Positions 10,875-20,994 of a DNA stretch of 64,000 nt are shown piece after piece (within the stretch, counting starts at the first letter, position 1; each line of letters starts with the position of its first letter). The stretch is taken from the NCBI GenBank assembly GCA_000004985.1, contig GG738850.1; one strand, written 5' to 3'. Position numbers and translations under genes: made by a program. The notes below the pieces were generated by a model, which saw only the letters and a program-made list of their open reading frames with translations, was not told the origin of the DNA and did not search any database. This stretch comes from Naegleria gruberi. Lineage: Eukaryota.

Positions 10875-11957
10875 TTGACAATGATTCTTTCTACTACCTC
10901 TGATAATAATAGTACCATCAACACTGCTGTTGAAACTAATCAACAACAAAAAGAAGAAGAAGAGGCCAATCTATTCGAATTGTTTAACCTTTCTCCAAAT
11001 GTTTACACTTTCTCTCCTTCTGAAATGGATGATGCTTTCCGTTACATTTTCGGTGATGATTTGAGTGTTGTTACAGAAAGTACAAACTCCTCAGCAGAAG
11101 AGGAACAACTTTCTACAGAAAATGTTGACATTTCCAAGTCAACTTCTTTAAATGATAAGAAAGAAATGAATGAATCCATGGTGAGTGAAGAGGTGGATCA
11201 ACAGTCATTGATACGTGAGTCTGGTATGGGAATTGGTGTTAGTAAACCTCCACCATTGACAAGTAGAGAGAATATTCCACAATTTCAATATTTGATCCCA
11301 AACCAAGGTATTGACATTCATCCTTTACAACATGTGAATGAATGCATGACACAAGTCAACCAAGAATCCAATGCTAAAAAGAGAAAAAATAACACTTCCG
11401 TTGGTGATAATGCAAAGAAACTGAAATGTACTTTACCATATTTAGAATTAAGTTCTCTAGAACTAAAGGAATCAGCTCCTTCAAATTCAGATGACATAAT
11501 GTACGATTTTACTACCAATCATCCCAAGATCCGTGAGAAACTTTATATTAAGGTTTCATCTCCATGTGAATTGGTTCTGGATACATACTGGTCAATGAAT
11601 ATTACTGAAAACCCAAAAGAACTTGGGAAATTTACTCTTTCATTTGAGAAAGTGGGTACTTATAATGCGACAACATTGAAATCACATTTAGTTTCTGAAA
11701 TGCCTAAATTAGAAAGTGAATCGACTAAGAAAAATGCACATGTCTTATTCCATTTGAAGATTGGTTCACATGTATTTCATATTCATTCCAAAGGAAAAAT
11801 GAAAAAGAAAGGAAATACTTCATTACCAAGTGTAATTGTATTAGATGTCAATAATCAAAGTGCCACTCTTGAATTAGCTCCACAATCTAAAACTGGAAAG
11901 AGAGGCAATTTTCAAAGTGGGAATTATCCTTCCATCAAATTCAAATCAGCTCAATGA
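10875..11957 (+). CDS. Hypothetical protein (acidic, Ser/Glu-rich N-terminal half; no recognisable domain)
   Basis: 360-aa ORF with start-codon context and AT-rich flanks. No motif recognised. Confidence 0.4.
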   Translation: MTMILSTTSDNNSTINTAVETNQQQKEEEEANLFELFNLSPNVYTFSPSEMDDAFRYIFGDDLSVVTESTNSSAEEEQLSTENVDISKSTSLNDKKEMNESMVSEEVDQQSLIRESGMGIGVSKPPPLTSRENIPQFQYLIPNQGIDIHPLQHVNECMTQVNQESNAKKRKNNTSVGDNAKKLKCTLPYLELSSLELKESAPSNSDDIMYDFTTNHPKIREKLYIKVSSPCELVLDTYWSMNITENPKELGKFTLSFEKVGTYNATTLKSHLVSEMPKLESESTKKNAHVLFHLKIGSHVFHIHSKGKMKKKGNTSLPSVIVLDVNNQSATLELAPQSKTGKRGNFQSGNYPSIKFKSAQ

Positions 11958-12230
11958 GAGCTGTTTGATATTAATGGTGCAACTCTAACTGATCATTTTA
12001 CAGTTGAGTGCAAACAACTAACTTCAAAGTTCCAAAATTCAAAGTAATTCAGGTCCCTAATCTAGAACTAAGGTCCATAGCTCAAGCTCACTACTCGAGA
12101 AATAGTTTATTCTTTCGTACTGATTTGTGTATAGTATACGAAACTGGCAGAAAAGTTGCAAAGTCAGTGGTGCTCTAGTTTTTGCGTGCTTGCTTTAGAA
12201 ATATCTGTGGTCCCATTTCGGTTTGTTAGA

Positions 12231-12420
12231 TTTTTATTTTTTATTTTTACTTTTTATTTTTTATTTTTATTATTTTTATGATTTGATATTGGGNNNNNNN
12301 NNNNNNNNNNNNNNNNNNNNNNNNNNNNNNNNNNNNNNNNNNNTATAAATGGGCATGTGCCGTGCCAATATCAAATCATAAAAATCATAAAAATATAAAA
12401 ATAAAAAATAAAAATCTGGT
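12231..12420. repeat. Assembly gap (50 N, 12294..12343) embedded in an imperfect AT-rich inverted repeat / palindrome
   Basis: Left flank ...atttttatgatttgatattggg and right flank ccaatatcaaatcataaaaat... are exact reverse complements. Further out, tttttattttttattttt motifs are mirrored on both sides. Confidence 0.7.
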
Positions 12421-12619
12421 TACAGATTGGCAAACCCCCATCAGTCAGAGAAAGAAGCCTCAGCTTGGCGAGAGTCTCCACCAGCAGAAACACTACTCAG
12501 CCATTGTTTCCAAATATGAACATTCCTAATTCAAAAGAATCAGAACTAAAGTATCAAAAGTGAGCTCAATAATCCAGGCCAACTCGTTTATTACCTGCCT
12601 GAATACTACTTTCAATAAA

Positions 12620-13327
12620 TTACAACTTTGAATTAATCGACATTACTCCAATATAGGAACACAAGTGTCCAATAATTGGATTCTTAATATTCACCTCCAC
12701 GTACCATGAATTTGTTGGACGTGAATTCTTATCAAAAACACAAATGGAGTGACCACTAGGATCAATGGAAAGTAAGCGAGGTAATGGAATGAATCCAAAG
12801 AGATACATCTTTTTGAATTGATGTTCAAATCCAACAATTTCATATGGTGCATTTTCATAACCTTCCAAATCATTCCTATAAATGGGAACTAATTTAAATC
12901 CAAATGAAAATATTCCAAAACTTTCAATGACCAAATCATCCTTTATCGACCATTTTGAAGTCAATGCTTCTCCATCAAATGTTCTCTTCCAATAATTATC
13001 TTCAATTTTCACAATCACTTGAGCTCCTTCATTCTCCTTTGGAAGACCTCCAAGAGTGGCAAATAATTGTGAAATAAATGTTTCACCTCTGATGACTTGT
13101 AAACTACCTGTGGCAATACTCTTCTCCGGATCATTTGCTATTCCTCTGTGAAAATCTACAAAGTAAGGAGGAAGCTTTTCAATCACTTCCTTTCCGAGAC
13201 CAAATTGCAATGGATCATCATTCTTTGATTGTTGTTGGAGGAGTGATGAAGTGGAAAAGAATCTTTTTGTTGATAAAAGATTACACGATTGTTTAATGAA
13301 CTGTGGGCCAGTTACAAGTTTTCTCAT
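12620..13327 (-). CDS. Hypothetical protein with a mitochondrial-presequence-like N-terminus
   Basis: 235-aa ORF. N-terminus MRKLVTGPQFIKQSCNLLSTKRFFSTSS is R/K/S-rich with no acidic residues. No confident domain assignment. Confidence 0.4.
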   Translation of the reverse strand: MRKLVTGPQFIKQSCNLLSTKRFFSTSSLLQQQSKNDDPLQFGLGKEVIEKLPPYFVDFHRGIANDPEKSIATGSLQVIRGETFISQLFATLGGLPKENEGAQVIVKIEDNYWKRTFDGEALTSKWSIKDDLVIESFGIFSFGFKLVPIYRNDLEGYENAPYEIVGFEHQFKKMYLFGFIPLPRLLSIDPSGHSICVFDKNSRPTNSWYVEVNIKNPIIGHLCSYIGVMSINSKL

Positions 13328-13384
13328 TTTTTTTGGAATTGATTGACTGAATTTCCTAAATTAGAAGATTGGATCTTGATTGAC

Positions 13385-15106
13385 TTAGTTTCCTTTACAA
13401 TTTTCCATGAGCAAATGCATGATGTGAGAGGCTGTATAGAATCGAATGCACATCAGAAGAAACATGGCAAGAGGTCGAGTAATGAAGAGTTTTACATTGT
13501 CCTTCCATTGAATCATGGCTTGTTCCTTCTTTCTCTGTTTTTGCACGTATTTGCCTCGTTCTGGATTTGAACTACTATAATGGATGGTAATATTGTTTGT
13601 GAGAATATAGGAACGAACAATGTCGAATAATTCCACAGATGAAATTAAGAGTGAAATGTTCAATATTAAAAATCCAATCACGTGTAATGCTTCCTCTCCC
13701 AAAAAGCTCTTTAGAGATGAATTGGCAATCCATAGACAGATAGAAACCATTGGAATTATATCTAAAACAGTGAAGAGAAATCTTGTGGATAAAATGTCAT
13801 CTGTTAAATCATTCAAATCATTCCACCAAGATTCATTACAAATATTCTCGAATCGAACCATGAATTCTTCTCGAATTCCATTATGCACACAAATTTCTCG
13901 GACCATTCTCTTCACTTGAGTTCTCATTAATATGTGATAGTAATAAATAAAGTAGGATCTTGCGTATCTAAAGTGCCCAATAAGAGCCCTTGCATGTTGA
14001 CTAATAATTGGATCAAATGTTGGAATTTTGTCCTGAATGGGTGTTGTAAACAAGTTATTGCAAACACTGTCAATTCTAGAAATATCCCTCGATCCCTTAT
14101 AAATCCAATACAGCATTGAGAATAAATAAAAGTGACCTGAAATTGAGCTCAATGTAAAAGTGACGCCCATTGTTACACAAAACAGAAAAAGCAAAGTCAT
14201 GGATTCTAAAACTTGATTGGGAAACAATAGAAATACAATGATGGCTATTAGGGTGATAATGTACAACCCGTACAATGTCTTGATGAGCAAATCTTGAATA
14301 ATCAGATTGGAAGTTGATAATCCCCACCTTCTATCGAGTTCAAACTTTGATGAATAGCTCTGAAATTGAACTAAATTCTTCATAAAGTTTCTGAATGCAC
14401 AATACAATTTCTCATTGTCCTTTTCATCATTTTTACAATTTCGAGCCAAATCAATTACTGATCTCCAATAACTATCAAATACCTCCACATACACCAACTT
14501 GTATGGATTCTTCTTTACATTATTCAAATAATTCAATAGCAAACTATCAATACAAGTATTCAATAAATCAGCTTGCTCTTCAGAGTCTACCCTCGTTATC
14601 GTGGACGTTGAACAATTGGCAATACAACTGCCAAATATCTGTTCGTCTGCCTTTATCAAACTCAAATCATTCACTTTACCCTTCTCAGTTGTGACATGTT
14701 TCAAAATGACTTGTCTAATATACAATTGATTATTTACAGAATGGAGAAGCATATTAGCCAAAAGTCCCTGATCAATGAACAATCTCTCCACAGCCAAATA
14801 TCGGAAATGTTTACAACTCATTGAAACTTTAATCAATGAAGCAATGTCATTGGAAAGGAATGCAAAGATGTAACACAATTCATCATCGGCCAATCCTTGC
14901 TCTCCATCATCATCATCTGCTCTTCTCCCCACAGAGAATTGTTTATAAACAAGCAATTGAGCAGTTGAATGACTCGAATAGCCTTCCGATGCAAGGGAAG
15001 AGTCATTGTCTAACACCACTTCATAAGGCTTGTGATGATCATCATTTGGTTGTTGTTCTTTGTCTTCGAGAATCATCTCAACTACTGCCATGGATCCTTC
15101 TTTCAA
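13385..15106 (-). CDS. Hypothetical membrane protein with an F-box-like motif near the N-terminus
   Basis: 573-aa ORF with the segment DELCYIFAFLSNDIASLIKVSMSCKHFRYLAVERLF (F-box-like) and predicted TM helices (YGLYIITLIAIIVFLLF, LLFLFCVTMGVTFTL). No other domain recognised. Confidence 0.4.
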   Translation of the reverse strand: MKEGSMAVVEMILEDKEQQPNDDHHKPYEVVLDNDSSLASEGYSSHSTAQLLVYKQFSVGRRADDDDGEQGLADDELCYIFAFLSNDIASLIKVSMSCKHFRYLAVERLFIDQGLLANMLLHSVNNQLYIRQVILKHVTTEKGKVNDLSLIKADEQIFGSCIANCSTSTITRVDSEEQADLLNTCIDSLLLNYLNNVKKNPYKLVYVEVFDSYWRSVIDLARNCKNDEKDNEKLYCAFRNFMKNLVQFQSYSSKFELDRRWGLSTSNLIIQDLLIKTLYGLYIITLIAIIVFLLFPNQVLESMTLLFLFCVTMGVTFTLSSISGHFYLFSMLYWIYKGSRDISRIDSVCNNLFTTPIQDKIPTFDPIISQHARALIGHFRYARSYFIYYYHILMRTQVKRMVREICVHNGIREEFMVRFENICNESWWNDLNDLTDDILSTRFLFTVLDIIPMVSICLWIANSSLKSFLGEEALHVIGFLILNISLLISSVELFDIVRSYILTNNITIHYSSSNPERGKYVQKQRKKEQAMIQWKDNVKLFITRPLAMFLLMCIRFYTASHIMHLLMENCKGN

Positions 15107-15857
15107 TTATAATAAAAGAAGTTGTAGTATCTCGCTACAAGTAACTAGCGGTGAAATACTAAAGGAGTATGTTGTATTTCTTTTGATTTTGATTAATCAC
15201 GAGAATAGGCTTTTATGGCTCCAAGCAAGATGATCTGGTGATAATAATTATTGTGGAGGACTTCATCATTGTGCGACGTTAAAATCCCTCTCAATCCGTT
15301 CGTTAGGACTTTTTTTTTCAAATTATTAAAAATATTAATATTTCGAATTAAAATTCAAAAAAACAATGGCATGATGAGAAAGCATCTGCCATGTCTCGAT
15401 ACCATTGATCTTTGTTTTTGATGGAATTGTGTAGGAATTAATTTTTGGTCATGATGAACAAGTGAACTTTATTTCAAAAGCAAAAAATGTCATCAACAAG
15501 TTTATTTCTACCACAAGATGTGATCGGAGAGGTTTTTAAATTTCTAGAATTGAAAGATAAATTGGTGTGAGTACTCTTTGAAGAAAAACATATTCAAACC
15601 GAACATGTTTTCCATGTAAATTCAAATAATGATCATGATCATGATGATGGAATTTTAGTTTATCACTTGTTTCGGAGGATTGTAATAGAGCATCACTGAA
15701 TGAAAAATCATTTTGGAGAGCAGAATGTTTAAAACAAGTGGAAATCTTTCAAAGAAACTATTATATTGGTATGATTATTAGTTTAATTTTACAATAATTA
15801 TTTACAATATATTAAATAGCCTATCCAAACAAGAAGAGACCTAATCTGAAAGAGACA

Positions 15858-16772
15858 ATGCCTCTAGATTCAAAGCACGATTTTAGTCAACTCAAAAAGA
15901 AAATATATTATTTGAATGGGAAAATCAACAGAAGGAAATATTGGAGTAAAATTCGGACCACTCACATTAGGAACAATACATCTCAATATCGACGTTATAT
16001 GGTTGGTTTTACACTGTGCATGACTGTTCTGCTGGGAATCTTTTTCATCATGTTTGCAATGGCAGATTTGGCCTTAACGAAAATTTCAAACTGGTACAAC
16101 TTTACCTTCGTTCCTGTATGGTTGTTTTTCGTCTTTTTACTTGGTTGGATATTCTTCTATTCTGTGAGTGCTAACATATTGAAACAAAAGAGTGTATTGA
16201 TGATGATTGGACAGATTATGTTATATCTATTCATGCATGGTGCAGTTCTCTATTCAGCAGTGTTGTGTTTTCTTAATTTGGGCGTTCTACCAATCAAGTA
16301 CAATGAAATTAGTCAATCCTACATGTATACAATACCATGGGCTGCAATTCTTGCTCCATATTATATTGGATATTTAGTTGTGGTAGTGATATTTATCGCA
16401 TTATTATTTGAGAATAGAGATAAGTGGTTTAAGAATGGCCTGGCTATTGCCGTATTCTCAATACCTCAACTTGCCATCAGCTCAATAATCATGCTTAATT
16501 TTACATTGGAATATACCAGTTATTTTCCTGCCTATTATTCAATGATTCCCTCACTCATCCTCATTCTGTTATTGATGGGTGGTTTATTTATGGTGAAGAA
16601 TAAGCAATTGAGGATTGTTGGATGGACGGTTTTTTCGAGTTATTTTGTTAACATTTTTGTTGTGGGATTGTATAATTTGTTTGGGAGTTATGTCTGGTTT
16701 AGCTCACTGATTCCTCTCGTAATAGCTCAATCTTCCATAATATTTGTTTCTTCCAGAGAGTTCGATATCTAA
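15858..16772 (+). CDS. Hypothetical multi-pass membrane protein (at least 7 hydrophobic segments)
   Basis: 304-aa ORF dominated by hydrophobic helices; no motif recognised. Confidence 0.4.
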   Translation: MPLDSKHDFSQLKKKIYYLNGKINRRKYWSKIRTTHIRNNTSQYRRYMVGFTLCMTVLLGIFFIMFAMADLALTKISNWYNFTFVPVWLFFVFLLGWIFFYSVSANILKQKSVLMMIGQIMLYLFMHGAVLYSAVLCFLNLGVLPIKYNEISQSYMYTIPWAAILAPYYIGYLVVVVIFIALLFENRDKWFKNGLAIAVFSIPQLAISSIIMLNFTLEYTSYFPAYYSMIPSLILILLLMGGLFMVKNKQLRIVGWTVFSSYFVNIFVVGLYNLFGSYVWFSSLIPLVIAQSSIIFVSSREFDI

Positions 16773-17254
16773 TTTAACGCATCTGTGATATAGTTGGATA
16801 AATTTAACAAACACTATGTAAGGAATAGATGCGTCTAATATAGGGAAGCACCATATTGACTCTCATAAATGGTCAATGTATTATCATTTTGAGGGAATTG
16901 ATCACGGATGGTACCAATTCATGATTTATTACTGCATGATTCTCACTCAATAATGCGAAAAGAGGAGTGCAACGATCCAACACATCCGGCAGACATTAAG
17001 GATTTCCTAACTCGTTACTATTATCCAAATCAAGATTTCTTAATGGGTATTGCGCACCATTCTAAGATTTAATACGTACTTATAATGTGACTACTTTTCC
17101 TTAATACTCAAACATCACCATATTCAGCGAGTGAGTTTTCCCTACTGAAGAGGCATTATACACATCTCTGCTCAATATTCATCAACAGTGGGTTCATATA
17201 CTACTGCACACAACGAATACCTGAATACACACTCACATACGTAGAGAAAAAACA

Positions 17255-19065
17255 ATGAAAGTATTGCCAATCAATGATTCTTTAATCATTCAACAAGGTT
17301 CCCTCGAGAAGGAATCATCAACAAACGTGCAAAAACATTCAGCCAGTGTTCGTAAGGCCATTAACAATAACAATACCTCCTCATACAAGCTGGAAGATAA
17401 TGAGTTGGAATTTAACTTGTTTCGCTCGGGGAGAGGATGCTGTCTTGATGGATTGTGTTCTATTAAGAGTGTTATTCTCTCATTCTTAATTGTCTCTCTA
17501 CTCTTGACATGTGCTGTGATTTGGGCTGTACTGATGGTGCTCATCTCACAGGAGGTGAATATAACGATGGGCATTGCTTCGCTGGTTGTTTGGTGCACGT
17601 GTATTGTTTCGGTAATTGTCTTTGGTGTGGTATCCTCTGTGGTGGTCTATTATTTGATAAGGAAACCTATGAGAGAGCTAACCAGACAACTCTTCACAAT
17701 GAAATCATTGAGATTCGACTCGGTTATCCAGCTCTCCTCCATAATGTATGAATTTATTCCCCTCTTCAGGATCTTCTTAGAGATGAACAATTTAATGAAG
17801 GAGATTAGACCATTCATTCCAGAATCTATTACCAGATCTTCAGAGTATGAAACTGAGAGTAATAACAGTTCAGACAATCAGGAGCAACAGAAGGAAATTC
17901 AAATGATGGCCATGAGAATGTCACTTAAAACATCAAATTCTATTGCTCAATTGGGTAAAGCTCCATCAACAGCTCTGATCCAAAATTCCCTCAAGTCTGT
18001 AAATTCTGTGGCCAAATTGAAGAGAGCCATGTCGAAAATGAGGAAATCAATGGAAGGAACTGGATCAGAAGGAGCAAGTTTCCAATCCAAAGACGGCGTG
18101 GAGCAACAGCAACATCTGCAGGTTTCACACCTCAAATCACAACCAATTTGGGTCTTGGATTGAATTCACACATTACCACCATTATTGTCATTCAATTCAG
18201 AAACTTTGATGGCAAGTGTTATCCAAACACATCCGATCTCGTCTCTGTATTCACCCTCTTGTTCCAGAAGGTTCAGAGTGCCAGTAGACAATTCAAAGGA
18301 AGATGCTCTATCATTACTCCAAAGGTTTTGATGATTAGTTTTGAGGTGGGAAAGAATGTCGAGAGAAATGCCCTATTATGTGCACTTCAATTGGAGAAAC
18401 AAATGCAAGCAATTAATTCACAACTTTGTGAACAAGTTAATCTCCCACCTATTCAGTTTGGTATTGGAATTTCAAGATCTGAATGTTTGATTGGTAATAT
18501 TGGAACGGCTGCTGTTAGATTTTCTGCTCTGATTGGAGCTTGTTCCAGTAATGCATTGAGATTATCATGTTTGTGTGCCTATTTGGGAACTTCCATCTTG
18601 ACAGATGAATCTCTCATGTTGGCACTTCAGAGAGGATTCATAACGAGACCTGTACATTTTATTAGAAAGACATCGATATTTGATGGTGAGGTGTTGAGCT
18701 TGGAAGATGGTGATGACGACAATAAGCAAACCATTTATCAACTACTCGGAGAATCCAAACTTCAAGATGATGAATGGCTCTACGAATTGCAGCAACACGA
18801 AAACAATAACAAGTACAAGGAATTCGATAGAGCTTTTGATTTACTTCGAGTTGGAAGTGTAGATTCTAAATTGTTGGCAGAAATTTGTGATGTATTTGGT
18901 TCTTATCTGAGTAAATATCCTGAAGACAGAGTTGTCTCACTCCTATACACGCAACTGACAGAATTATCCAAGCTAGATGCCAAAGACGTGGAGAAGGCAG
19001 TTAGATCTTTCAGTTTGGAAAAGACAGACGTTCCACTCCATACTGATCCTTCTTTTATATTGTAA
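17255..19065 (+). CDS. Membrane-anchored class III nucleotidyl-cyclase-homology protein (2 TM + HAMP-like linker + cyclase homology domain); reading frame disrupted near 18060-18160 (possible pseudogene or sequence error)
   Basis: ORF 17255..18163 encodes 2 TM helices and a linker. ORF 18148..19065 has no ATG (it starts at TTG in the track) and encodes a cyclase homology domain: IVIQFRNFDGK (beta1, metal Asp), IQFGIGISRSECLIGNIGTAAVRFSALIGACSSNALRL (the GIHxG...R..FGDTVN.ASRM region, with Asn and Arg kept). The second metal-binding Asp (the IGDAYM position) is not evident. The two frames overlap between 17959 and 18160 with no in-phase GT..AG intron available. Confidence 0.5.
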
Positions 19066-19444
19066 ATAAACCATGTGTACATAGTATTTTCAGAGTGGAT
19101 GTGTGAGAAGTGCGTATTTACTCTCCTTTTTTAATTATGTCTCATAATGTGAAAACTTCTAAAATTGAAGTTTATGGCTATTAAAAAGTTAATAAGTTTG
19201 GATAATAGTTCATCATGGATATCACTGCTTTATATGGCTCCACACTGTTTAAGCTCATGTCAAAAGTTGGGGTATTATGTCATTTATTTTATCAGTAACT
19301 TGGATTTTTGGATTTTTGGAATGTGAGAATACTGCTCATTGTAATCTACAATTCACTTAGACAGGGTGCGTGAAACAATGAATTACCTTCAACGTGGATA
19401 AAGCGTGATTGTTGAAGTTTAAAAGTTTAAAAAAACAAATCAAA

Positions 19445-20969
19445 ATGAAACTGATCCAATTGGTGATTGCTGTCTGTATGATAGCTTGTATAGTTCTTTC
19501 CTCTCACACTGTTTCACCACAAGAAGTGAGAGACAAACACTTGAAGGTATGCTTTTGTCAATTATTGTATATTGAATAACGAACTTTGGTTTCAATACTA
19601 ATAGGGTGTTGTTATCCATCAACCACCATTCGTATTTATCGATAGAAACACAACAGATCCCTCTCAAAGATACACTGGTTTTTCAATTGACTTGATTCAA
19701 ACTCTAGTTTCCAAAATGTCAAATGTTTCCATTGAATTTTATGAAGTTCCTGATGGTACCTTTGGCAGTCCATCAACAACAAGTGGAAACTGGACAGGAA
19801 CTATTGGTGAATTAATGACTGGTCGTGCAGATGTCATGGTCGGCCCTTTGACAATTACTCAACTAAGACATCAAGTCATTGATTTCACAACTAGTTTCTT
19901 TGATGTTGGTCTTTCCATTTTAACAACTAAACAAGGAGAAGAATCCAACCTATTCTCCTTCTTGTTACCATTCTCATGGGAGGTTTGGATTTTGATATTT
20001 GCCAGTGCCTTGATTGTTGCCTTATTGACTTGGTTTTTTGATCATGTTTCTCCATATGGACATTCGAAACAAGATGATGATTCAAAGAATGAATTGGATT
20101 TTAGTGGTTCTTTAATCAATGCTTGTATGACCATTTCTGGTCAAGATGGTAATCCAGGTAAAAGTTGGTCAACCAGAGTAATGCTACTCGGTTACTTTCT
20201 CTTCGTCATGATTATCCTCTCCACATACACAGCCAACTTGGCAGCTGTCCTCACCACAAAAGTTCAATCCACAAGAGTAACTGGTCTCTCTGATATCAGA
20301 ACTTATGGTTTCAAGTTTGCTGTGGCCAAGAATTCAGCACCTGCATCCTTCATCTCCTCTAGTGAGGAAATGGCAGATATCAAAAAGAACATGGTTCTAT
20401 ACGATTCTCTGGACGATTGTATCAAGGCACTCAGAGAAGGTCAAGTCGATGCTCTGATATGGGTTTCTTCCATTCTCGAATATATGGCCAACCAGCCACC
20501 TTGTGATACCTTAATCGTTGGTGATTTGTTTAATCCTGGTAATTATGGACTGCCATTTGCGAAGGGAAATTGGATGATCGGACATTTCTCTTCAATTCTC
20601 TTGTCGATGAGAGAAAGTGGACTTGTGGAAAAGTTAAAGAAAAAGTGGTGGATTGAGAAGGGAAGTTGTTCATTGGTTGCCTCATCACAGGAAGCATCTG
20701 GAGTGAAGATTCAAGACTTGGGAGGTATCTTTTTGATTTTGGCTGGTTTTATATTTGTTGGTGGTTTGATTTTGATATTCGAATTGGTGTATAGAGCTAT
20801 CTATGATAAGACGAAAAATAGAACTAAACATTTAAAGTATTTAAATAGATTCTTGGGAGGTGAGAAACATCAAGAAAGTGATAAAGAAGAACAAGAATTA
20901 AAGACAACCAATATTGCTGCTTCCACTCAATCTCTGCAAACAGATGAAAACAAAATTATCAATCAATAA
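19445..20969 (+). CDS. Ionotropic glutamate receptor-like channel (S1-M1-P-M2-S2-M3 core, no large N-terminal domain), 2 exons
   Basis: Exon 1 is 19445..19546 (signal peptide). Intron 19547..19604 (GTATGC...AATAG, 58 nt). Exon 2 is 19605..20969. Ligand-binding lobe GNWTGTIGELMTGRADVMVGPLTITQLRHQVIDFTTSF, the canonical M3 motif YTANLAAVLT, a pore-loop region and S2 lobe (ALREGQVDALIW ... GLPFAKGN). Confidence 0.8.
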
Positions 20970-20994
20970 AAAACAACAAGTGTTTATTAGAAAT

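Noticed and set aside
18078-18121. A 44-nt GT..AG 'intron' that would restore phase between the two cyclase ORFs
   Set aside because: The sequence is GC-normal and coding-like, unlike the AT-rich introns elsewhere in the window, and removing it deletes plausible linker codons. A frameshift (real or assembly) is the more economical explanation, so it is reported as uncertain instead.
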